Source of the DNA: Geosiphon pyriformis uo1 | Taxonomy: Eukaryota > Fungi > Glomeromycota | NCBI GenBank assembly: GCA_016748015.1 | Contig: JAAOMT010000678.1 | Span: 88,921-152,920, forward strand | DNA: 64,000 nt | Direction: 5' to 3' | Part shown: one piece after another, positions 11,040-21,329 of the stretch | How positions within the stretch are numbered: position 1 is the stretch's first letter | How the letters are laid out: every line of letters begins with the position of its first letter | Notes under the pieces: model-generated | What the model saw: the letters and a program-made list of their open reading frames with translations, nothing else | Told to the model about the DNA's origin: nothing | The model's database searches: none | Made by a program: the position numbers and the translations under genes

Positions 11040-12330
11040 TGACTTTGGAAAAACTAATATTGTTTAACATTAAATCCACACAGAAGATGCTTTACCAAAA
11101 TAACAACAAGTCTATTGAGTTCCACCTGCTAGCCACTAATTTATCAGAGAAGAGATTCAAAGAATGCTCAATAATGGATTGATTCAACTATCAAGAAGTC
11201 TATGGGTCTTATCAGTAGTACTTATTAAAAAGAAAAACGGAAAAATCAGATTCTGTGTAGATTATTGTCAGTTCAACAGCACAACAATTGGAAATGCTTA
11301 CCCATTTTCAAGAATTGATGACATGCTAGATGCTTTAGGAAAAGCCAAGTTCTTCTCAACTTTAGACTTGGAAAGTAGATACTGGCAAGTCGAAATGAAC
11401 CCAAAAGATCGACCCAAAACAGCATTTACTATCCAAAAAGGAAACTATAAGTTCAATGTTATGTCTTTTAGACTCTGTAATACACCAGCAACATTCCAAC
11501 AACTTATAAATATTGTATATTATGGCAATCAGTAGTTGTCTATCTTGATGATACTAATATATACTTACCAAACTTTGAAGCCTATCTTATTTACCTACAA
11601 GAAGTTTTTCAACAATTATGGAAAGCAGGATTGAAGTTGAATGTTGAGAAATGTTACTTTAAAAAAACAAGCTTAATCTTTTTTGAACACATTGTTAGCA
11701 AAGATGAAGTCAAACCAAACCCTGGAACAATCAGTGCTGTTAAAAACTTTCAAACTTCCAAAAATACTACAGAGCTACAAGGATTTGTAGGATTAATCTT
11801 CTACTATTAGAAATTCATCAAAGAATTCTCAGAAATTGCCAAACCACTCAATTATTTTACCAACAAAGATGTGTCATACAAATGAACAGAAGAACAACAA
11901 AAAGCTTTTGAAATCCTCAAAACAAAATTGACAACAGCCCCAATTTTTGCTTACCCAGACTTCAAAAAATAGTTCCAACTAGCCACTAAAGTTTCACACA
12001 TAGCATTTGGTGCCATCCTATTACAATTGGATGAAAATAGCCAAAAACAAGTTATTGTTTATGCTAGTAGAACATTCAAATTAACAAAACTCAAATATGG
12101 CTCAACTGAATTAGAAGCTGCCATAGTCATTTGGGCTCTTAAATACTTTCAACAATACCTGAAAAATGGAAAAGAATTTGACATTATAACTGACAATATT
12201 GGCCTCAAATGGCTCAATAAAAATAAAAAAGAACAAAGTGCTAAACAGTCTTGATGAAATGATTTTTTAGCAGATTACAAATATATTATACAGAAAACTA
12301 CATACCAATATTGATAGCCTTTCAAAAATA
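11040..12330 (+). pseudogene. pol: Reverse transcriptase and RNase H (Ty3/Gypsy type)
   Basis: KKNGKIRFCVDY, FSTLDL, KTAF, YLDD (~11541, after a frameshift), and RNase H motifs VIVYASR, STELEAA, ITDN. Confidence 0.93.
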
Positions 12331-12559
12331 AGACAAGATTAACACCACCAACAAATTCCACCACAACTTACCAACTTACCAACAAAATAAACAAGCAACA
12401 AATAAATTTCAGAAATTACAACAACATCAAAAATTATTTGGAGACTCTTATTATGCCAGAAGATTAGTCTCCAAGTGAAAAACATTGTTTACAACATCAA
12501 TCAAAACAATATTTTATACATCACAATAAAATTTATTACAAGAATCATAAAAACCCAAA

Positions 12560-13770
12560 CCAATCACTCAAATTAGTACAAGAAAATAAAAAAGAAACAA
12601 TTCTATACAACATATACACTTGGAAAGAGATGGAACAATTCAAAGAACTTTTGAACAATATTTTTGGTCTCACATGTAAAAAAACATTCAACAATATGTA
12701 GAATCTTGTAATAGTTGTCAAAAAAGAAAAGAAACTCGCCCCACAGAACTTTTAAATCCAATCAAAGTTGAACAACCTTTTGACAGAGTTGGAATTAATT
12801 TAGTCGGATTATTACCTATCACAACTTAAGGAAATTGTTATATTGCAGTTGCAGTAGATTATCTTACCAAATGGCCTGAAGCTAAAGCCATTTAAAGAGC
12901 AGATGCAAAATTCATAGCAAATTTCATCTATAAAGACATTATTTGTAGACATAGATGTCCAATTAAACTCTTATCTGATCAAGGAACACATTTTGTAAAT
13001 AACTTGATACAAAAAATTTGTGAACAATTTAATGTCAAAAGACTTTTATCATTACCCTATCACTTTCAAACAAATAGATTTGTAGAATGTTTCAACAGAA
13101 CATTATGTGAATTATTAGCCAAAGTCTCAACAGATTTTGAGCAGAAATGGGATATTTTTATTCCATCAGTATTACTAGTATACAGAACACTAAAACAAGA
13201 TACTATGAAACACACACCATTTGATTTGACTTATGGAAGAACAGCAATATTACCAATTAATTTTACAGTAGAAACATACTCTATGCAACCAATTAATGAA
13301 GAAAATTTTCAAGAAACACTCCAAAGAAGAGCCTACACTTTTCTTAGTACATTGGAAAGAAAAAGACACATAGCAGTTTCTCATATTAAACACTCTTAAG
13401 TCTTACAAAAAGAAAAACATGACAATAAACTGTCATCAGTTACCAATGAATTTAAAGTTGAAAATAAAGTTCTCTTACACAAAATTAAGACTGAAAAACA
13501 ATGGAATGGAAAATTTGAACATAAATGAGATGGACCATTTTATATTTATGAAATTTTAGGCAATAGATCATACAAGTTAAGACTTGATGACAAAATACTA
13601 GCAAAAGTTGCACATAGAGATAAATTGAAACACTATTATTTCAGAAACAATCCTGAATCATTAATTTCACAAATTAGTACACATTCCCCTTTAATTAATC
13701 CTAAAGATATTCCCTGAAATTTAGAACCAATAATTATAATAAAACAACAATCAAACTTAAACACTTAATT
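12560..13770 (+). pseudogene. Integrase with GPY/F module; no chromodomain seen
   Basis: YFW..CNSCQ, VGINL, DYLTKWPEA, LSDQGTHF, YHFQTNRFVECFN, K*DGPFYI. Confidence 0.92.
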
Positions 13771-13968
13771 TAACATTTTCACAAACTCTTTTAAAATACA
13801 CAAAACATAAATCAAAAATAGTAAATAATTAGAAAAACATTCAAATCCAAAAACAAATAAAAATCTTATAACCAAAAATAATTTTCTTTATTCTTTTTTT
13901 TTTTTTTATTAGTTAGTCATTTTTATCATAATTATTCCTCAAAATATTCAACAAATATCCCAAAATTA

Positions 13969-14634
13969 ATGTTAACTTTGAAAACACTTTTTGACTTATC
14001 CATAACAATTAATAAAAGTCAAATTAATTACATTCAGAAAGAAATCACAGCCCCAGTAGTAAATAATTCTCAGAATTATCACTCCTATAGAAGAAAAACA
14101 AAAGGTCACTCTGAAAATAAGTTATCAGAACTTTTGAAGCAAGCACTAAAAGAAAATCTTTTAATTGCTCTTATTGACATTCCACCAAATGCCACAATTC
14201 AACAAAAACTTTTACTATTTCTTAATGAACAGAACAATAAACATATTCTTATATATAGATATTTTCATATTGAAAAAACACTTTATGAACGAAAACTAGA
14301 ACTTAAAACAACCAATATTACTCCTGAAGCTATACAAAAACAAATTCACAATGAATTCAAAACAGCAGCTGAATCAATAAACACTCACTATAAACTTAGA
14401 GCAGCATTTAAACTTTATAATTTATTCAATACTTGTAAAAACATTCTACAAAATCCAATACTTCATCCAATAAAGATTCAACACATTGGAAAGCTCACAG
14501 TACTGAAATTTCAACAATTTTCAGACCAAATCACTTCAATTATCTTGGACCACTATCTTAATATCACAGATAGTGCTTGGACTTTGACAAAGCTCAGTCT
14601 TGAGGAGGAGATTATGTTACCAGTAGAATTTTAG
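13969..14634 (+). CDS. ORF3 of the Gypsy element: 221 aa, unknown function, no signal peptide or TM segment
   Basis: Uninterrupted ORF between integrase and the 3' LTR. It crosses the PPT and stops inside the LTR. A homologous eroded segment is present in the second copy (25250-25910). Confidence 0.8.
   Translation: MLTLKTLFDLSITINKSQINYIQKEITAPVVNNSQNYHSYRRKTKGHSENKLSELLKQALKENLLIALIDIPPNATIQQKLLLFLNEQNNKHILIYRYFHIEKTLYERKLELKTTNITPEAIQKQIHNEFKTAAESINTHYKLRAAFKLYNLFNTCKNILQNPILHPIKIQHIGKLTVLKFQQFSDQITSIILDHYLNITDSAWTLTKLSLEEEIMLPVEF
14602..14614 (+). promoter_or_regulatory. Polypurine tract
   Basis: GAGGAGGAGATTA immediately upstream of the 3' LTR. Confidence 0.8.
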
Positions 14635-15575
14635 CTATTAATTAGCATGAAATTACCCTCATAATTCCTATTATTAATTAGCATATATTATTATTATTTC
14701 GATTATCACTTATTATTTAATCAAATTATTAAATATTATTACTTAATCAATAATCCGATTTGTACTCTAGAAATTAAGATGATCAAATTACACAATACCC
14801 TGAACCATTTAACATAGTCAAAATTCGCCGAAATTAATGAAAATTGGCCGAAATAATCAATAGTTCAGTAAAATAACTTGTAGTTTACCAAAATATATCT
14901 TTAGTTTACCCAAATTATAGCAAAAAAGAAAAGTGCAAGTTCAAAGACTAGTACTATAACAAGTTGTATAAAAGAAGAGCTTCTCTCATTAAGAAAATAT
15001 ATTCTCATAGTATCTTATCATAGTACTTTACTTTAGATATCTTAATTGAAACAAATCACCTTTTACACATTCAAATAAAAATTAAATATTCGAAAACCAA
15101 AATCCTTAAATTATTATACTTAAAATTCTCTTAACACAACTAACGTTTTGGAATTGATTAGCTACTAATTTCAGTAATCTGTTAGTGATTCTAGACCTGA
15201 ATAAAAAACGTTTTCCTTAACAGAATTCTATTTCTTTTACATTTTTTTTCTTTTTCTTATTATAATCATTAGGGTAGTCTACAGACAAAATTCCTGTAGA
15301 AAAGTTGACTTTCACAGCAAAGTAACTACACATTTTTAGTAAGATTCTAGACAAGCAATTTCTGAGAAAAAGTTGATGTTTACTACAACATAACTACATA
15401 AAATAACTGGCAAGGAATTGGCCATTCCACTTATAAGCCCAGTAATTCAAATTATAGGAGATAATTTAAAGATAAATTCAGTTATTGGAGATCTAACTAC
15501 TTTCTGGAAACGTGAATTCACAGCAAATCAACATTAACAACATTCAAGAAAAAAGACCAAAAACCTCTGATAACA
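14615..15575 (+). repeat. 3' LTR
   Basis: Direct repeat of the 5' LTR with a ~26-bp extra segment near 14725-14750. Ends CTGATAACA. Confidence 0.95.
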
Positions 15576-18500
15576 GCATGCTCAGAGACAATACAGACTT
15601 AGAGAAAACTGCCATATTAGCAAAAAAACCCATTTACTTATTTTTGACAATGTCTGAATGTCTTTTGACTTTTCTCCACATGACCAACAGATTTTTTTTT
15701 AAAATAACTTGATGAATATGCTCTCTTTTGATCTAGCATTTGCAGTAAAAATTAGAAACACCCACATCAAACTTGCATATATTCAGTAATGCTTAACTGT
15801 CTATGAACAAAGTGACTGTGCTAAAGACAGATACACATTCTAATACTAAAGTGATAGCTTGCAGTTCCATCAGTATAAAGAACAGTAAGCCAAGAACTTT
15901 TACATCAATACTCGTCTTGGCTTTTAGAAAATAAGCTGCAGTGCCACTACAGACACCAATAGACCCCAAACCTTTAACAGAATTATTAGTATAAACATCA
16001 ATAGAACCATGTTTAGAAACAAACAAATGCTCAAAAATAAAACCAATATTACAAAAAAAGTCAGTGAGAACAAAATAAAACACCATAGTTACACTATTGC
16101 CCAAACCACTATTTTTGACAAAATTACTAATAAAGACAAACTAGGTAGAAATTGGACCTCTGGGGTCAAGCTTCTTTCATCTACAAAAAGTGTTCCAAAT
16201 AAAGCACATGTCATGATGATCTAAAAGTTGGTTGGCAAAAATGAGGCTATATTTCTTGAAAAAATTCCTCACATTTAGATAACTACTTAGGCTCAATATG
16301 TCTAAAATTAATACACCAGTCCCAGTCTAAAAAACATTAGGAAGAGCACCATCCAAGAAAGTGTTGCACAAAGTGAGAACATGTATAGCACTAGTTAAAA
16401 AACAATTCAAAAGATTAATAAATAATATGACTAGAAAACAGAAAAGATGCCAGGACATCCAGCTAGATGCTTGTAAATCTATTGCTTTGTGGTCAAAAAA
16501 CCTGTCAAAAGTCTTATCAGCATTACTAAAATTGACCAGGTTGGCCATCAAACTTTCAGTAAGCATCTGCTCAAAAGACTTTAAGCCATATAATTCAGGA
16601 TAATGCAGTGTTACACTAGGAAAGTTTTTAGACAAATTTGCCTTGAACTTAAGCCTTTTTCTCAACAATTTGTCCTATTTCTTGCAAATACTTTTAGAGA
16701 CAAAGCTAAATTGAAGTCTGTAATAAATGATAGACTGCAAAACAACAAAAACCAAATACAAAAATTGTTTCTTAGTGATGGTTTTTCTCAAAACCACATT
16801 CAAAAAAAATTTGACATTGACATGAATTTTGGCTAGACTTAGCTTGAACAAGCCTTCAGTTGGAAAAAAATTCCCAAATAATGATAAGACTTGCCCTTTT
16901 CAACCACTGAAATTTTTGATCTATTAATGAACAGTTCAGCCTTCTGAATACTTTGGTTAATGAGGATAGCAACAGTTTTTTCAATATTTATTGAAATGTC
17001 ATTAATGGAAAAAAACTTATTGACTATGTTCAAAATGTTTTGTATTGCTATTAAGCAGTTTCCAATCCAAATTGTGTTATCAACAAAGACACTTGTAACA
17101 AAAAATGAAGTTTTGTCACTGCTCAAGTCAAGCTTATCCAACTTAGTATAGAATCTTGAACATATTCTGTAGTCATACAATTGTTCATGTTTTTTGACTT
17201 TGCAGAGCAAAAGATCATAGAAAATTTACCATAACAGTAGTAAAAACACTTTCTTTTAATCTAGATCATTGTGCACAATATAACTATCGGATAGACCAAA
17301 ATTTGTCATAACTTGATTGAATTTATCATTGTGTATACTGCCAAAAAAGTTTATGAAGTGAGGACACATTTTGATCTTGACTAAACTATTAAACAAATAA
17401 AACCATTTGACAGAATTATAGATCTTGTGCATATTCTAGAAAACCAACCATAACTCTTTGTTTTTCTCCAAAGCATCTTTGACAATTGAGCCAACAGCAA
17501 AAATAAAGGATTGTGTGAAAGTATTCTTCAATACCAAAAAATTGTCATTACATAAAACATCAAACCTATTATAAGCCAAAGAAATCCTGTCTAAAAAGAT
17601 CTTAGACAAGATTTTTTGTGCAGTCTCAATCAGTGCTATCAGCTTAGTATTGGTGAGAGTATCTTTCCAATTATACAGTTTAGAAATCATGGAAACCCAG
17701 AACCCCTTTTATTGTATAAAAACCCTTCCAGATTTTAATTACCCATTGAAAATGCTCAAAAAACCATTGAAAATTAGAAAATTGCTATTTTTTCAGAGCT
17801 CATTGGGAATACCAGAAAGTCTAGCAGTCTTACTATCTGACAAGTCCCTGACAACCTGTAGAAGTTCATCTATACTAATGTCACACATAACCTCTGAGAA
17901 TGTATTATTATTGATGTAATCTAAAGAATTATATTGATCAAGCCAATAACTTGACAAAGCACCAGAAACCAAGTATTTTTTCGTCTAATTTTCCATTATA
18001 GTATCAACCAAAGACTTGACAGTCTGAAACTTCAAAATAAGCTCATCATCAACAATCAAATAATTGAGAACTATCTCTCTAAAAGACCTATCCAGAATGC
18101 TTTTTATTATTTTTACTTATCTGAACAAAAATTTTCCATGTATTTTGCCATGGCTATTCTGATGGAATCATCTTTGACAACTCTATATTTATAATATTTG
18201 GACCTATAATAACCTTTTTTGACAACCAAAATGTAATGTAAAATATCCTCAACCCTAACATCTTTATTGATCATAATACAAATCTTGGATGCTTCTTTTT
18301 CAGTTATGCCTATCCAAGTACCAACAAAGCAGTCAGTTTCCAAACTCAGACCTGAATTTATACCATTGACAATCTTGGATATCAACAACTCTAACCTATA
18401 AAATTTTAAAAATAACTTGTTTTTTGCACCATTGAATTCACTAAACCAGAATCTGGAGAAGATTTCATCAGCAGAATTAATTATCACTTCTTTAAGAATG

Positions 18501-19387
18501 TCCCATATGATATTCAAATTACCATTGTGTTTTGCATTATGAAATATAACTGACTTCTTCAAAAATTTGTTCAAAGAACATTCCATAAAATGTTTTCACT
18601 TATCAATATTTATGTCCTTCAGCTTGAACTTTCAGCAATTTCTATTAGTGTGTTTGCATATGCCTCCCAATTGAACATCCAAAAAACCACTCAAGTCTAC
18701 TAAAACTGAGACAGTTTTGTGATCAGTGTCAAAAAACTTAGACACAGAGTCAACCTTGTAACTGGCTACAGCCAAAATCAGACTTCTACTAATAAAGATA
18801 TGATCAATAACTTTCTTAATATTCCTTGAGTTGCTTCATATAAAAGCCCCAACCAAAGAATGTTTACCAAAAAAATTGACCAAACCCAGATTTAAACAGA
18901 ATCCATAACTCACACTCTTTTTAGACCTGTTTTCATTGAAATTGCTGCCCAAAACAATAAAACTACTGGAATTGACCACTTAAGCTATAAAGAAATTAAT
19001 ACCAAGTATCTGGCCAAATCAGTTACCAAAAGAAACACAAGTGTACAAACCAATAATTGAGACCAAAATCTTGTTCTTAAAAAGAAAACACACTGAAACA
19101 ATGTGACCAGAAATCTTTTCTATCTTGAAAACATGTTGAGCCAAAGAATTGTTCATAATTATTATTATTTCAGTCCTAAGAAACTTATTATCCAGGCCAG
19201 ATGTGAAAATACATACACCATCAAATTTGTTTATAATCCATAGTCTAATATTAAATTTTAATTTTGTTTCTGTAACAATAAACACTATATTTTCCAAATT
19301 TATGTACTACCAAACAACATCTTTCTGTTTGGCAGAAATATTGATACTCCAAACATTGCATATAGCAATTCTCTAAACCAGATCTAT
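15576..19387 (-). pseudogene. LINE ORF2: APE endonuclease, RT, RNase H
   Basis: IAICNV, TETKL, KLIALIETAQKILSKI, SVFVDNTIW (eroded FVDD), and RNase H motifs DVYTNNS, ELQAI, LFIDS, KVKRHS. Confidence 0.9.
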
Positions 19388-21260
19388 TATTGGAAAGAAT
19401 AAAAAACAAGAACCAAACCAGCATTGTTACATTTAGCCAAAAGGCTCATAACAGTATTTAACAAATTGTTCAAAGTTTCTTCCATTTTTGAAACAACCAA
19501 AGGATTAAAAACCACCACTCTTACAATAGTCTCACCACTAGTGACCACACTTGAACTCTTACTCATTACTATATTTGTCTCTTGATTTTGTGATAAAGAG
19601 GTTATTAATGACTGACATCTAGGACTAGGCTGAAAAATCATCAGCCTAAATGTGTTCAATTTTTTAGCCAACTTGTCAACACATTTCATAAGACTGGCAA
19701 GACTATGCTCAAGAGTGGCAAACTTATTGTTCAATTTTATAAACACTACCAGAACAGGTTTCAACTCCGAAAAAAACCCAGAAGCATTTAAGTTATTATG
19801 CACAGAAAAAAAAGAAAATAAAGACCTACCAACAATCTTGGCCCAAGAGACACCTCTAAAAGAAACAGGAAGGGAAATAGGAGCAGAACATTTAGCATAA
19901 ATAAATGCCAGCCTGTTTTTATTAGTCTCCAACAGTATTCTGTGAGATAAGCCACTAAGAGAAAATTTCTCACCTATAGAACAGCTCAAAGAGGTATGAC
20001 CCAATTTCTCATACTTAGTATACTTAGCAGAATTCAGACAAGACCAATGCAAATAAGCACCTCTTAAGACAGATGTAATTTCCAAAACAGCATCCAGTGA
20101 CTCAGCTGAATTAAAACAAACAACAGCACATCTGGTTCAGACATAAGAAACAGGATGTCAATCGATAACACATGTTTTTCCACTTATAAAATCAATAAAA
20201 TTTTAAATGTTATGTGTATTTATTCCAACAGGCAGAGTGTAAAGCAATACCTTATGACTGTTCCTAGCATTTTAAAATTCTTTGTTATTATCAGCTCTGG
20301 CCACATGCATGGCATCTTTCCTAATTAGAATAGATTATTTAGCTGTGACTAAATTAACATGATCTGATTGCTCAAATTCTATTACAGCCTTCTCTCATAG
20401 CCTTACCAATTGTATCTTGATTGACTTAACCACTCCAAATCTGAATAGTGCAACATATACAGCCTTAGCTGATATTCTAATTGGAATTTTTTTTATTACC
20501 ACAGCCTGATCTAAATGACTAGTAAATTTCTTGAGATTAGTGTTTACTAAAATATTTGCTGCTTTTGCCTTTTTGGTAGTCTGTATCAAACTAGATTCAG
20601 AAGTGAAGAAAGCATAGATGATCTCTGAGAATTTTAAAGAAGTAGAGGCCTCCCAAAACTATTAACTTTAGAAAACAACTTCATGACTACCATGAGCTTT
20701 TCTTGAGAAAACTTTTCAGCAACTTTATCCAAGCTAATATCTATAGTAAAAAACTTTTGAACTAAAACATTAACCAGATTTTTTAATAGAGGAGAGAAAA
20801 CCACAGGAGCATCCAAAAAAATATCATCATTATCAACACCATTTAAAAAATCAATCTTTTTTAATAGCATATCCAAAGTTTTTTTTGTCACTAATCTTGG
20901 ACTTTTTGGTGTTTGGTTGGAATTACTCTTATTAAACAGACTCCTCTCATTATAATTCACACTGGTTTCCTTTACAAGACACTTTTTCTTTATATCAATA
21001 CTATCAAATTTAGTGGTGTTACTAGTTTTAGACCTCTAAGAACTACCAACTAATTTTTCAGACAAGACTATTCTATAAACAGCACTATCTTTTAGAACAC
21101 CAATTTTTTTTTTTCTAGAAGCTATGTCTATTTCACCACTACTAATACTAAAGCCTTTAACAAACTTTTTTATTACAGCAATACTACAGCCAACAGTGGC
21201 TTCATAATCAAGCAAGAAGAGTTTGAATTTATCATACTGAATTGTAAAAACTTCTTTCAA
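19387..21260 (-). pseudogene. LINE ORF1 with a single CCHC knuckle
   Basis: Fragmented ORFs. AKYTKYEKLGHTSLSC is an eroded CxxCxxxGHxxxxC. Homologous to 1476-3300. Confidence 0.85.
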
Positions 21261-21329
21261 AAAACTTATGACTCTTTTTTGTAAATTTGAAACAAAAAAG
21301 AAAAAGAAGTTTTTTAATTAATATTAAAA

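Larger units (their letters stand above)
5756..15575 (+). mobile_element. Full-length degenerate Ty3/Gypsy LTR retrotransposon carrying a dUTPase, a Cys-rich insert and an extra ORF3
   Basis: Two ~0.95-kb LTRs (TGTTACC...TAACA), TSD GCAT at 5752-5755 and 15576-15579, PBS, PPT, and domain order PR-RT-RH-IN. Confidence 0.97.
4755..21315 (-). mobile_element. Full-length LINE family 1 (copy C; ORF1 plus ORF2 with APE-RT-RNase H-CCHC), split by the Gypsy insertion at 5756-15575
   Basis: 5' end near 21315 matches copy A. The 3' end has AATAAA plus a poly(A) (T9 at 4755-4763). Removing the Gypsy and one TSD copy restores the frame ...SVLSLS-MPYCFLSV.... Possible 9-bp TSD AATTAATAT at 4745-4753 and 21316-21324 (weak, AT-rich). 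Confidence 0.92.

Noticed and set aside
13969-14634. ORF3 as an envelope gene
   Set aside because: No signal peptide, TM helix or convincing fusion-protein features, and it is too short.
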